In this document: positions 24,141 through 36,739 of the stretch, piece by piece
Position numbering within the stretch: position 1 is the stretch's first letter
Layout: every line of letters begins with the position of its first letter
Source: Squalus acanthias
Lineage: Eukaryota
NCBI GenBank assembly: GCA_030390025.1
Contig: CM059431.1
Location: 101,682,001-101,746,000, forward strand
Direction of reading: 5' to 3'
Length of the DNA stretch: 64,000 bases
The notes under the pieces: model-generated
Databases searched by the model: none
Seen by the model: only the letters and a program-made list of their open reading frames with translations
Told to the model about the DNA's origin: nothing
Translations under genes and position numbers: made by a program

Positions 24141-25330
24141 AAAAATTCTGCTAAAAACAGATGATCTGGACATCATCACATTGCTGTTTGTGGGAGCTTG
24201 CTGTGCGCAAATTGGCTGCCATGTTTCCTACATTACAACAGTGGACTACACTTCAGAAAGTACTTCATTGGCTGTAAAGGCTTTTGGGACGTCCTGAGAT
24301 TGTGAAATGCGCTGTAGAAATGCAAGTCTTTTATGTTTCACCACTCGCTGCGTCAGTGGGAGAAACATGTTAACCGGCCAATCCAATCTGTTCCATGGAC
24401 ATCCTGTGAAATGGGCTTCGGCTAAATTAAGACAGGCGGGAGCAGTGAGATATGACCGGAGGGGGCGAGCTGCGAGGGTGGTGCATTTGGGAGTCGGGCT
24501 GGAGTTAGGACTGGGACTGTAGGAAGCCGGGAGCGATAACTGACCGAATAAGCTCAGGCAGAGAAGGACTGCCCATCTACCTTGGAGCTGGGAGCTGCGA
24601 AAGACGCGAGCTCAGACTAATCAACCTGGATAAGATCAAAGGTGGTCAGCGTAGATTGGTATCGCTTAGATATGATGGGCAGGCACGATGGATGAAAGCA
24701 TGTCAGCAAAGTGTTGGAGGAAGTCCTTGTGTCACTTGCAGGAAGTGTGCAAGACTTCTCGACTTGTGTATAGTGAGCACTTCCAAGTTGCTGTAACACT
24801 CTACTTCATCAAGACTTGGCTTTCATGCCGCCCTGTCAGATTTAAACTCGTCTTCCCGTGAGACCTCCCAGCTTCTCAGAGTTTTTGAATACCTCTGTTA
24901 GAGCTCTTAACCTTTTCTGGTCCAGTGAGATCGACTGGACTTTGCTCATATTGACAGCCTCGTGTCCTAAGCATCAATTTTTTATTTGACCTCTAAATGT
25001 AAAAAGAAAAGAAAGAAAGACTTGCATTTATAAAGTAGCTGCATTAAGGTTTAGAAGTTAAAGTTATTATAGAAACTGAAGTAAATACTGAAACATGGAA
25101 AAGTCTTCAACTGAGAAACATTAAATCCATCAACTGAGTGTTAAAAAAGAGAGACTTGCATTTCTATAGCGCCTTTAATAACCACTGGTCGTCCCAAAGC
25201 GCTTTACAGCCAATGAAGTACTTTTGGAGTGTAGTCACTGTTGTAATGTAGGAAACGTGGCAACCAGTTTGCGCACAGCAAGCTCCCACAAACAGCCATG
25301 TGACGATAACCAGATCTGTTTTTTTAGTGA

Positions 25331-25467
25331 GAAGTCGCACAACACCAGGTTATAGTCCAACAGCTTTATTTGAAATCACTTTCAAATAAAGCTGTTGGAC
25401 TATAACCTGGTGTTGTGCGACTTCTCACATTTGTCCACCCCAGTCCAACACCGGCATCTCCACATCA
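25331..25467. mobile_element. Penelope-like terminal fragment with inverted duplication, inserted in a Deu-SINE
   Basis: Sequence aataaagctgttggactataacctggtgttgtg...ccccagtccaacaccggcatctcc resembles chondrichthyan Penelope ends as I recall them; flanking duplication tg(t)7-8agtga at 25317-25330 and 25468-25482. Confidence 0.6.
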
Positions 25468-25832
25468 TGTTTTTTTTAGTGATGTTGGTTGAGGGATAAA
25501 TATTGGCCCAGGACAACGGGGAGAATTCCCCTGCTCTTCGAAATAGTGCCATGGGATCTTTTATGTCCATCTGAAAAGGCATCTGGTTTAACGTCTCATC
25601 CGAAGGACGGCACCTCCGACAGTGCGGCACTCCCTCAGTACTGCACTGGGAGTGTCAGCCTAGATTTTTGTGCTCAAGTCTCTGGAGTGGGACTTGAACC
25701 CACGACCTTCTGACTCAGAGGCAAGGGTGCTAACACCTAATGAAATGATTATCCGGCAGCAAATGCTACAGGGCACTGACCATGAACAAAACTTTTGTGC
25801 TTCACACTCTGGAACTGATTTTGTCTCCTCAG

Positions 25833-25967
25833 TCATTCAAGAGACGCTTTTTCCACCTGACGCAGCTTGGAGATGGCTCGTACATTCTTAATTTCTACAA
25901 AGATGAAAAAATCTCCAAGGAACCAAAGGGTTCGATCTTTCTAGACTCGTGCATGGGAGTGGTGCAG
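25833..25967 (+). CDS. DOCK9: DOCK9 exon, PH domain, [45 protein letters not shown]
   Basis: ctcctcag/gtacgg; 135 nt. Near-identical to DOCK9 and distinct from DOCK10/DOCK11 in this segment. Confidence 0.96.
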
Positions 25968-26629
25968 GTACGGTGACGAGTGTTTTAACTGATGGTTTAC
26001 TGCATGTTTAAAAAAAAAAATCTGATCCGTGATGTGTCTCCTTCTCCATTGAGACATTGGCCCAGAATTTGCGGTCAGCGGCGAAGTGACGGCGCTCGCC
26101 GCTGACCTCGAAGGAAGCTGCCCGCGGAGATCTCGCGATCTCTGTGGCGAGAACCTTGACGTGCAATTGATTGTAGCGCTGTCGATAGGGGATTCCTAGC
26201 GCGCTGCAGCAGTGATGTCATCAAGCTATCGAAGCAGCCAATCACATTGAAGAATTCTCACGGACAGCAAACCAGGAAATGAAAAGCACTGATTGTCTGC
26301 ACTTTTAAAAATGTTACAGAGAGCAAAATAAAGATTGGGACAAACACATGGGGTTATGGTAGAAGCTGAAATACCATGAACAAAAACTTAAAAACATTTT
26401 TTTTGTATTTTTCTAAAAATCTAATCACTTTTATCATAATGGAGAAATTTGACATTCCACAAATATAAAATTAGTTTTTCAGGGCATGAACGTTTGTTTA
26501 GCAGTCAATACGCTGTTAAAACCCCAGTTACACCTAATCCAACAAGGCTTAACATTTAATGGGGTGTTTCACGGTGGTATTACCGCGGACAAGCCCAAAT
26601 TTTTGTCAGTTCCACTGATTTCGCTGATT

Positions 26630-26882
26630 TTCTCTCTCTCTCTCTTTCTCTCTCTCTGTCTCTCTCCCTCTCCCTCTCTCTCTCCCCCTCTCTCTCTCTC
26701 TCTCTCTTTCTCTCCCTCTCTCTCTCCCCCTCTCTCTCCCCCTCTCTTACTCTCTCTCTCTCTCCCCCTCTCTTACTCTCTCTCCCCTCTTCAACTCTCT
26801 CTCTCTCTCTCTCTCTCTCCCCCCCCCTCTCTCTGTCTTTCTCCCCCCCTCTCTCTCTCTCTCTCTCCCCCTGCTCTTCTCT
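26630..26882. repeat. Degenerate (CT)n polypyrimidine microsatellite
   Basis: Directly visible. Confidence 0.95.
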
Positions 26883-28434
26883 GAGATTAAATTCGCTAGT
26901 TTACAGCAGTTTCTCAGTTGATTAATACAGTTTTCAGAACTGCTATTGCGAACGTAGCCAGCAGGAAGAAGCCATTGTGGTCAAGACCACGGTGCATTGA
27001 GCTGGTCCCTGGTCCGCCCAGAATGCAGGAAGCAGAGATCTGCACTCTACAGATAGCGATGAAGCCTGCAAACCATCATTCTTCCTAGAAAGTGAACACA
27101 TCGAGGTACTCCCGTTGTGGCAGGAGGTGGACTTAACAAACACAGTACCTCACAGGATTATTGAAATCCCAGTCTATTCTTTAACATCCCTAAAAAGATG
27201 TAATGAGAACAGCTGGTATTTTACATTGGTCTGACTAAGGAGTTGGGTTTATATGGTTGAATAGGTTGCCCAGACTCGTGTGTATGTTAGAAGGTCCTAA
27301 GCTGAGATCTATGATTTCTCATGGAATAATGGGGTAAGTCTTTTCTGATTGCAAGTTTCCGAGCAATCTGGACCTCACCGGCCAGGAACTCCGCAGTTGT
27401 CTTGTGCAGAGTGGTCTTATTGAGCTGCGCTGAGTCTTTTCTGTAGCCACTGACTCCACCCCACTCCCTGGCCCGATTTTAATCGCTCCATCATTGGCGG
27501 CCATGCCTTCAGCTGCCTGGGCCCTAAGCTCTGGAATTCCCTCCCTAAACCTCTCCGCCTCTCTCTCCTTTTAAGGCGTTCTTCAAAACCTACCTCTTTG
27601 TCCAAGCTTTTGGTCGCCTGTCCCACTATCTCCTCAGGTGGCTCAGTGTGCATTTTGTTCGATAACGCTCCTGTGAAGGGTCTTTGGACATAAGAAAAGG
27701 AGCAGGGAGTCGGCCATTCGGCCCCTCGAGCCTGCTCCGCCATTCAATAAGATCATGGCTGATCTTCTACCTCATCTGCACTTTCCTGCACTATCCCAAT
27801 ATCCCTTGATTCCCTTAATATTCAAAAATCTGTTGATCTCTGTCTTGAATATACTCATCGACCGAGCCTCCACAGCCCTCTGGGGTAGAGAATTCCAAAG
27901 ATTCACCACCCTCTGAGTGAAGACATTTCCCCTCATCTCAGTCCTAAATGGCCGACTCCTTATTCTGAGACTGTGACCCCAGGTTCTAGACTCCCCAGCC
28001 AGGGGAAACATCCTCCCTGCATCTACCCTGTCAAGCCCTGTAAGAATTTTGTATGTTTCAATGAGATCACCTCTCATTCTTCTAAACTCTAGAGAATACA
28101 GGCCTAGTCTACTCAATCTGTCCTCATAGGACAATCCCCCCATCCCAGGAGCCAGTCTGGTGAACCTTCGTTGCACTCCCTCTATGGCAAGTATATCCTT
28201 CCTTAGGTAAGGAGACCAAAACTGTACACAATACTCCAGGTGTGGTCTCACCAGGGCCCTGAATAATTGCAGTAAGACGTCTTTACTCTTATACTCAAAT
28301 CCTCTTGTAAATACCATTTGCTTTCCTATTTGCTTGCTGGATGTTTTACTACATTAAAGGCGCTGTATAAATACAAGTTATTTCTTAATGCTTTTAAATA
28401 AAAGAAGTGAACAAATAAGCTTCCTGTTTTGCAG

Positions 28435-28609
28435 AACAGTAAAATACGACGGTTTGCCTTTGAACTCAAGATGCAAGACAAGAGTAGTTACCTATTGGCT
28501 GCCGATAGCGACCAAGAAATGGAAGAGTGGATTGGACCCCTGAATAAAATTCTTCAAAGTACTTTTGAAGCTGCCATGCAGGAGAAGAGAAATGGCGAGT
28601 CTCTGGAGA
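28435..28609 (+). CDS. DOCK9: DOCK9 exon, PH domain end, NSKIRRFAFELKMQDKSSYLLAADSDQEMEEW...EKRNGESLE
   Basis: ttttgcag/gtgagt; 175 nt, phase 0 to 1. Confidence 0.95.
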
Positions 28610-30908
28610 GTGAGTTTGAATCAGGTCCTGCTACCTCGCTGTTTGTGCCATTGCTTCCCCAAGTGACAGACGGGATAAAACTGGGGTCTGGTTTGTAACA
28701 GCGCAGAGCACTTACCGGTGAAATTGTATCAGTTTTGTCACGTGTAGAGATCACCGTGCAATGACTTGACTTAATCCGCACCGTGGCTCTTAAATGCACT
28801 GTGGTGTTTGGTTGAAAGAAACAAAACGAGAGAAATTGTGCTGCCGAGATACCGGGAACGTCACTCGTGAAACCGATTGACCCGGCTGGAGCGGTTTGAG
28901 GGGGGTGGGGTCGAGTATCCGCTCGTTATATCAGCGCAATCCGGGCGGGACCGGCCGAACCAGCGCAAACGTTCGGGGAATTTTAAACGTAGGTGAGTTA
29001 CGCTCAAATCCGCTCACGCTCGTGTTTTCCGCGATCTTTTACGCTGGTTCGAGATTCGATGTGCGCCGAATCAGGCCCCGCCCACAAAGCTGGCCCCCCC
29101 CCCCAGGTCGACAACGCGAGATTCCGCCGGTTCGGGAAGGCTCTTCAAATCGCGCTCACTGTCTGAGGCGCACGGGCACCAGTCGGCACATTTAAAAAGT
29201 TTTACTTATCAAAAATATTAAATTTACTAAGAAACTGACCAGTGTCCGTCCACCCATGAAACTATTAAATGGTTTGGTGCAGTTTTGCCATTTTTGGTGA
29301 TTTTAAACCAGGCGGAGGACTCAACACCCTGATTAAAAATGCTTATTTTTGGTGATAAACCCATTTTCAGCCGAATTAATCAAACTGCACCAGGTTACCG
29401 CTCTTAAACACATCCAGGAATACTTTTTAATGGAAAGAAATTAACAATTACAATTATTACACTGCCTGATTGCCCTGTGATTACGCAAATGAATTTTAGC
29501 GGAAACTTGCAGTGTAACCTCACCGCCGCAATTTCAAGCTAAGTTTCCCGATCACGCGAAACTTTCCCCTTGATCTTTACTCAAGGCTTAATGAATGTTG
29601 TTTTCACCGTCTTGAAAGTGGAGGGTGTAACTCAGTGTTTTAGTTCTCAGTAGTAGCATTCACCGTTCCGAAATAATAATTGGATTTCTGCCAATTTGTT
29701 GAATTCATAAGAACATAAGAAATAGGAGCAGGAGTCGGCCATTTGGCCCCTCGAGCCTGCTCCGCCATTCAATAAGATCATGGCTGATCTGATCTTGGCC
29801 TCAACTCCACTTCCCTGCCCGCTCCCCATAACCCTTGACTCCCTTATCGTTCAAAAATCTGTCTATCTCCACCTTAAATATATTCAATGACTCCGCCTCC
29901 ACAGCTCTCTGGGGAAGAGAATTCCAAAGATTCACAACCCTCTGAGAGAAGAAATTCCTCCTCATCTCCGTTTTAAATGGGCGACCCCTTATCCTGAAAC
30001 TATGCCCCCTAGTTCTAGATTCCCCCACGAGGGGAAACATCCTCTCAGCATCTACCCTGTCAAGCCCCCTCAGCATCTTATACGTTTCAATAAGATCACC
30101 TCTCATTCTTCTAAACTCCAATGAGTATCGGCACAACCTGCTCAACCTTTCCTCATAAGACAATCCCTTCATCTCTGGAATCAACCTAGTGACCTAGTGT
30201 TGTGTTGGAAAATTTAGAGTGTGTGTCTGAACATGAAATTGCCCGACACCAACTTCAGTCATTTGTGGTTCAAACTAACTGGGAGGTCAGAGCTCAGTGA
30301 ATTTATGTGAATTTACATCCTGGGTACCAGTTGCAAAAGAATATGGGAGCCGCCTCTCTCCCTTTCCTTTGTGGCTGGTTCCCGAAGTGCACAGGAGTCT
30401 TCTTTCTAGATGACTTGTAGAAAACTTGAGTCTTTTAAACAGGAACAGGATATACAATGTGTGTTTATGTACGTGTGCATGCAAATGCCGAGTACTTGTA
30501 AGTGCTGCAGTTTTTTTAAATGGAAAAAATCCCCATCATTTTAAAATTCATGTTTTTTTCCCAGCTGGTCCCTTGTACAGTAAGTACCAGGGATGGGGGA
30601 CTTCAGTTATGCGGAGAGACTGGAGAAGCTGGGATTGTTCTCCTTAGAGCAGAGAAGGTTAAGGAGGAGATTTGATAGAGGTGTTCCAAATTATGAGGGG
30701 TTTTGATAGAATAGATAGGGAGAAACTGTTCCCAGTGGCAGGAGGGTCGGTAACCAGAGGACACAGATTTCAGGTGATTGTCAAAAGAACCAGAGGGGAG
30801 ATGAGAAGAATTTTTTTTTTTTTTACGCAGCGAGTTGTTGTGATCTGGAATGCGCTGCCTGAGAGGGCGGTGGAAGCAGATTCAATAGTAACTTTCAAAA
30901 GGGAATTG

Positions 30909-33900
30909 CACGGAGTGCAGATCGGAACAGAGTGTTAAGCTGCGAGTTTGGTGAGTGAGGGAGTGAGGGGAGGGAGGTGTTCCTTTCTTTTTCCATCTTT
31001 GTCAGCTTCCAGGAGAGCAGGAACTAAAAAGCTGCACAAGAGGGGACAGAGAACCAGCGGTGAGTATTTCTACAGTATTTCTACATTCCAGTCATTAAAG
31101 TAAAAGTAAGGTCTCTAGTTTAGAGTAAGTAGTGTTTAAAGGGAAGTAAGGTCCCTAGTGTATTTAATATTCTTTAATTTAAAGGGAGTAACTTAAGGGT
31201 AGGACATGGCAGGGCAGCTCGGCAGCATGGACTGCTCCTCCTGTGCTATGTTGGAAGTCGGGGATACTTTAGGTGTCCAGGGTGAACACATGTGCAGGAA
31301 GTGTCTCCAGCTGCAGCTACTCGAAATCCGCGTTTCGGAGCTGGAGCGGCGGCTGGAGTCACTGTGGAGCATCCGCGAAGCTGAGATCTTCGTGGATAGC
31401 ACGTTTAACAAGGTGGTCACACCGCAGGTAAAGAGTGCACAGGCAGACAGGGAATGGGTGACCGCCAGACAGAGTAAAAGAACAAGGAAGGTAGTGCAGG
31501 AGTCCCCTGGGTCCATCTCTCTCTCTGACAGATTTTCCCTTTTTGGATACTGATGGGGGAGATGGTTTCTCAGGGGAATGCAGCAAGAGCCAAGTCCGTG
31601 GCACTAAGAGTGGCTCAATTGCACAGTAGGGGAAGAAAAAGAGTGGGAGAGCAATAGTGAAAGGGGATTCTATCGAAAGGCGAACAGATAGACGTTTCTG
31701 TGGCCACAGACGTGACTCCAGGATGGTATGTTGCCTCCCTGGTGCCAGGGTCAAGGATGTCACTGAACAGGCTGCAGGGCATTCTGAAGGGGGAGGGCGA
31801 ACAGTCAGAGGTCGTGGTTCACATTGGTACCAACGACATGGGTAGAAAGAGGGATGAGGTCCTGCAACAAGAATTTAGGGAGCTAGGTAGCAGATTAAAA
31901 AGCAGGACCTCAAAGGTTGTAATCTCTGGATTACTCCCGGTGCCACGTGCTAGTGAGTATAGGAATAGAAGGATAGAGCAGATGAATGCGTGGCTAAAGA
32001 GTTGGTGCAGGAGGGAGGGCTTTAGTTCCCTGGATCACTGGGTCTGCTTCTGGAGAAGGTGGGACCTGTACAAGTCGGACGGGTTGCACCTGAACTGGAA
32101 CGGGACCAACATCCTTGCGGGGAGGTTTGCTAGTACTGTTGGGGGGGGGTTTAAACTAACTTGGCAGGGGGATGGGATACGGAGTGGAGCTATAGTAGGG
32201 GGTGATGCACAGCCAAATATAGAGGAAAAAACAAGTCAGCCTGGAAGGCAGAGCAAATATGTAACGGCACAAGGGAGTATGGCAAGGCTGGATGGCATTT
32301 ATTTTAATGCAAGGAGTCTTGCGAGTAAGGCAGATGAATTGAAGGTGTTGATGAACACATGGGAGTATGATATTGTTGCTATCACAGAGACATGGTTGAG
32401 GGAGGGGCAGGACTGGCAGCTCAATATTCCGGGGTCTAGAATCTTCAGGCGAGACAGAGGGGGGTGTAAAAGAGGAAGGGGATGTCGCAATATTAATCAA
32501 GGAGTCAATTACTGCTGTAAGGAGGGATGATATCTTAGCAGGTTCCTCTAATAAGGCCATATGGGTAGAACTTAAAAACAAAAAGGGGGCAAGCACTTTG
32601 CTGGGAGTGTACTATAGGCCCCCAAACAGTCAGGGGGAGATAGAGGAATAGATATGTAGGCAAATCTCAGAGAAGTGTAGAAATAATAGGGTAATAATAG
32701 TAGGGGATTTCAACTTCCCCAATATTAACTGGGATAGTCAGTGTGTGAAAGGCTTAGAGGGTGCGGAATTCTTAAAGTGCATCCAGGAGAGCTTTTTGAG
32801 CCAGCATGTAGAAAGTCCTACAAGAGAGGGGGCGGTACTGGACCTAATTCTAGGGAATGTAGCCGGGCAAGTAGTAGAAGTGTTAGTAGGAGAGCATTTT
32901 GGTGACAGTGACTATAATTCAGTGAGATTTAAGGTAGTCATGGAAAAGGACAAAGATGGACCGGAAATAAAGGTTCTAAATTGGGGGAAGGCCGATTTTA
33001 ATATGATAAGGCAGGATCTGGCCAAAGTGTACTGGGATCAGCTACTTGTAGGAAAATCCACATCAGAGCAGTGGGAGTCTTTCAGAAAGGAAATAGAGAG
33101 AGTACAACGCCAACATGTTCCCGTAAAGGTCAAGGGTGGGACCAACAAGCCCAGGGAACCCTGGATGTCAAGGGATATACGAGAATGGATTAGGAAAAAA
33201 AGGGAGGCTTTTGGCAGATACAAAGGACTAAAAACAGTGGAAGCCCTAGAGGAGTATAGAAAGTGCAGGGGGTTACTTAACAAAAAGAAATTAGGAGAGC
33301 GAAGAGGGGGCATGAAAAAACACTGGCGGGCAAAATAAAGGAAAATCCCAAGGTGTTTTATAAGTATATTAAGGGCAAGAGGATAACCAGGGAAAGAGTA
33401 GGGCCCATTAGGGACCAAAGTGGCAATCTGTGTGTAGAGCCGGAAGATGTAGGCGAGGTTTTAAATGAATATTTTGCATCTGAGTTCACTATGGAGAAGG
33501 ACGATGTAGACACAGAAAGGTGTGTGGATGAGGGTAGTGCAGTTGATGTGGTCTACACGGACTTCAGTCAGGCTTTTGACAAAGTCCCGCATGGGAGACT
33601 GGTCAAGAAGGTAAGAGCCCATGGGATCCAGGGCAACTTGGCACATTGGATCCAAAATTGGCTTAGTTGCAGGAGGCAGAGGGTGATGGTCGAATGTTGT
33701 TTTTGTGACTGGAAGCCTGTGTCCAGTGGTGTACCAGCAGGGATCGGTGCTGGGTCCTTTGCTGTTTGTAGTGTACATTAATGATTTCGATATGAATGTA
33801 GGAGGTATGATCAGTAAGTTCGCAGATGACACGAAAATTGGTGGGGTGGTAAATAGCGAGGAGGGAAGCCTCAGGCTACAGGACGATATAGACGGGTTGG

Positions 33901-34742
33901 TTAGATGGGCAGAACAGTGGCAAATGGAATTTAACCCTGAAAAGTGTGAGGTGATGCATTTTGGGAGGACTAACAAGGCAAGGGAATACGCAATGAATGG
34001 TAGGACCCTAGGAAGGACAGAGGATCAGAGGGACCTTGGTGTGCATGTACATCGATCCCTGAAGGCAGCAGGACAGGTAGATAAGGTGGTTAAAAAGGCA
34101 GATGGGATACATGCCTTCATTAGCTGAGGCATAGAATATAAGAGCAGGGAGGTTATGATGGAGCTGTACAAAACGCTAGTTAGGCCACAGCTGGAATACT
34201 GTGTGCAATTCTGGTCGCCACACTATAAGAAGGATGTGATTGCATTGGAGAGGGTGCAGAGGAGATTCACCAGGATGTTACCTGGGCTGCAGCGCTTCAG
34301 CTATGAAGAGAGGCTGGACAGGCTGGGGTTGTTTTCCTTAGAGCAGAGAAGGCTGAGGGGGGACCTGATTGAGGTGTACAAAATTATGAGGGGCATAGAT
34401 AGGGTAGATAGAAAGGAACTTTTCCCCTTAGTAGAGGGGTCAATAACCAAGGGGCATAGTTTCAAGGTGAGGGGCAGGAGGTTTAGAGGGGATTTGAGGA
34501 AAAACTTTTTCACCTAGAGGGTGGTTGGAATCTGGAACTCACTGCCTGAAAAGGATGGTAGAGGCAGGAACCCTCACAACATTCAAGAAGCATTTAGATG
34601 AGCACTTGAAACGCCATAGCATACAAGGCTATGGACCAAGTGCTGGAAAATGGGATTAGAATAGACAGGGCTTGATGGCCGGCGCGGACACGATGGGCCG
34701 AAGGTCCTCTTTCTGTGCTGTATAACTATGACTATGACTATG
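30909..34742 (+). mobile_element. Near full-length decayed CR1 LINE (copy B) nested in an older CR1 3' fragment
   Basis: 5' UTR; ORF1 from 31206 with CxxC..CxxC zinc finger and leucine zipper, then esterase (GDS, HIGTND, DGLHL). ORF2 has frameshifts, stops and a ~0.44-kb RT deletion near 33516; (ctatga)n tail. The host fragment at 30580-30908 resumes at 34743. Confidence 0.9.
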
Positions 34743-36665
34743 AAAAATACTTGTAAATGAAAAATTTGCAGGGCTATGGGGAAAGAGCAGGGGGGAGTGG
34801 GACTAATTGGAGAGCTCGTTCAAAGAGCCGGCACAGGCACGATGGGCTGAGTGGCCTCCTCCTGTGCTGTATCATTCTTTGTGCAAAAGGTTAACGTGGT
34901 AAGAGAGAAAAAGGAAAATATTTACCAAAAATGAAGTTACTGGAGATCAAAACTCTAGAAATCATTCAAACATTTACAAAATGATGCAGAGTAATTCCTT
35001 CCTGGCCCTGCTTAAAAATTACACAAATATTGCACAAGCTTCTCGCTCGCTCGCCGAGACTGTTAGTTACAAAACCTACTTCTGCCATTGTGTATTAATA
35101 AATGAAAAAACAAACAGATGTTTTGCCACCTGTCACATTGGGAGTCTTATGATGGTTTTTGTGCAAACTGGATGGAAACCTGAGCATTGTTGAATGTCTT
35201 CAGTACACTGTCCTCTTAACTTTGTCAATGATTCATAAACTCCCTTCTCTGGGAGTCGTGCTTCCCACCCTTACCACAAGCTGGAAGTGGTTGAGTGATT
35301 TGCAATGTCTACCTTGACAAATACTGCGTCAACAGCTGCCCAGCTGTGTCGGTTCAGTTGTACAAAGTCTTGTGTCTTCCACCTTTTTAAAAGCACAAAT
35401 GGTGCACTTGCCAAAAAAGTGCTGAGCTCCGTTTGAGATTTGCTTCTAAACCATAAGATTTATCCGTTCTGGGGCCGCCTAACGCTATTGACCGCTTTAA
35501 ACAAGTTACTGATTTAAAACATCATAAATTTGTCTGTAAGGCATAAATTTAAAAAAAAGTAGTTGAATTACCATGAAATAAAACAGTGGTGAACTTTGGG
35601 TATAGCTTGAAGACTATTTGGTCTACTTTGCTTCCTGCTTCCTGTCTCCAATCTTTCAAGTTGGATTCAATGGAACTGATTTCACAAAACTGAAATCCCG
35701 TCCAAAATAAGTATGTTTAAAATGTTGGTTTTTTTAATTGCTCGGATGTCATTTAAAAAAATAAAACTCCGAACATATTGTTTACTGAACATAATGTTTG
35801 CTGAACAAAGCAGAGATTGTAATCTCGTGAGAATCATTGTTGCTTCGTTGCACAGTTTTAGACAGATTATTTAAAAACGTGAATGAATTACATCTGATTT
35901 ATATCTAGTTTAGGCTTACGAACAATCTGCTGGAACAAGAAGCAGGAAAATACTAGTCACCAAGACCGCCTATTTCCACCTCCATAACATCGCCCGTCCC
36001 TGCCCCTGCCTCAGCTCATCCGCTGCTGAAACCCTCATCCATGCCTTTGTTACCTCTAGACTTGACTGTTCCAATGCACTCCTGGCCGGCCTCCCACATT
36101 CCACCCTACGTAAACTTGAGCTCATCCAAAACTCGGCTTCCTGTGTCCTAACTCGCACCAAGTCCCGTTCACCCATCACCCCTGTGCTCGCTGACCTGCA
36201 TTGGCTCCTGGCTAAGCAGCGCCTCGATTTTAAAATTCTCATCCTTGTTTTCAAATCCCTCCGAGGCCTCGCCCCTCCCTAGCTCTGTAATCTCCTCCAG
36301 CCCCACAATCCCCTGAGATCTCTGCGCTCCTCTAATTCTGCCCTCTTGAGCATCCCTGATTATAATCGCTCAACCATTGGCGGCCGTGCCTTCTGTTGCC
36401 TAGGCCCTAAGCTCTGGAATTCCCTCCCTAAACCTCTCCGCCTCTCCAACTCTCTTTCCTCCCTTAAGATGCTCCTTAAAACCTTTATCTCTGTGACCAA
36501 GCACCTGCCCTAATACCTCTTCATGTGGCTCAGTGTCAAATTTTGTTTGATAATCGCTCCTGTGAAGCACCTTGGGACATTTTACAACGTTAAAGGCGCT
36601 ATATAAATACTTGTTGTCTCTTTGCTAAAGCTACGCTAATAACAGTTTTTCACATTTAGTTTCAG

Positions 36666-36739
36666 ACGATGAATTATCTGGGCAAGGAAAGTCGGAACAT
36701 GTAACCAGCTGGGAAAGTCTGCATTGTGAACTTACAAAG
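36666..36739 (+). CDS. DOCK9: DOCK9 exon, variable linker (N)DELSGQGKSEHVTSWESLHCELTK
   Basis: tttcag/gtgttg (weak donor); 74 nt, phase 1 to 0, which restores the frame; D..S....EL.K pattern of the DOCK-D linker. Confidence 0.8.

Noticed and set aside
24340..24960. GC-richer unexplained intronic stretch; similar CpG-rich blocks at about 26058-26600 and 28690-29570
   Set aside because: Probably old transposon or MITE remnants, but I could not define both ends or a protein motif, so no call is made.
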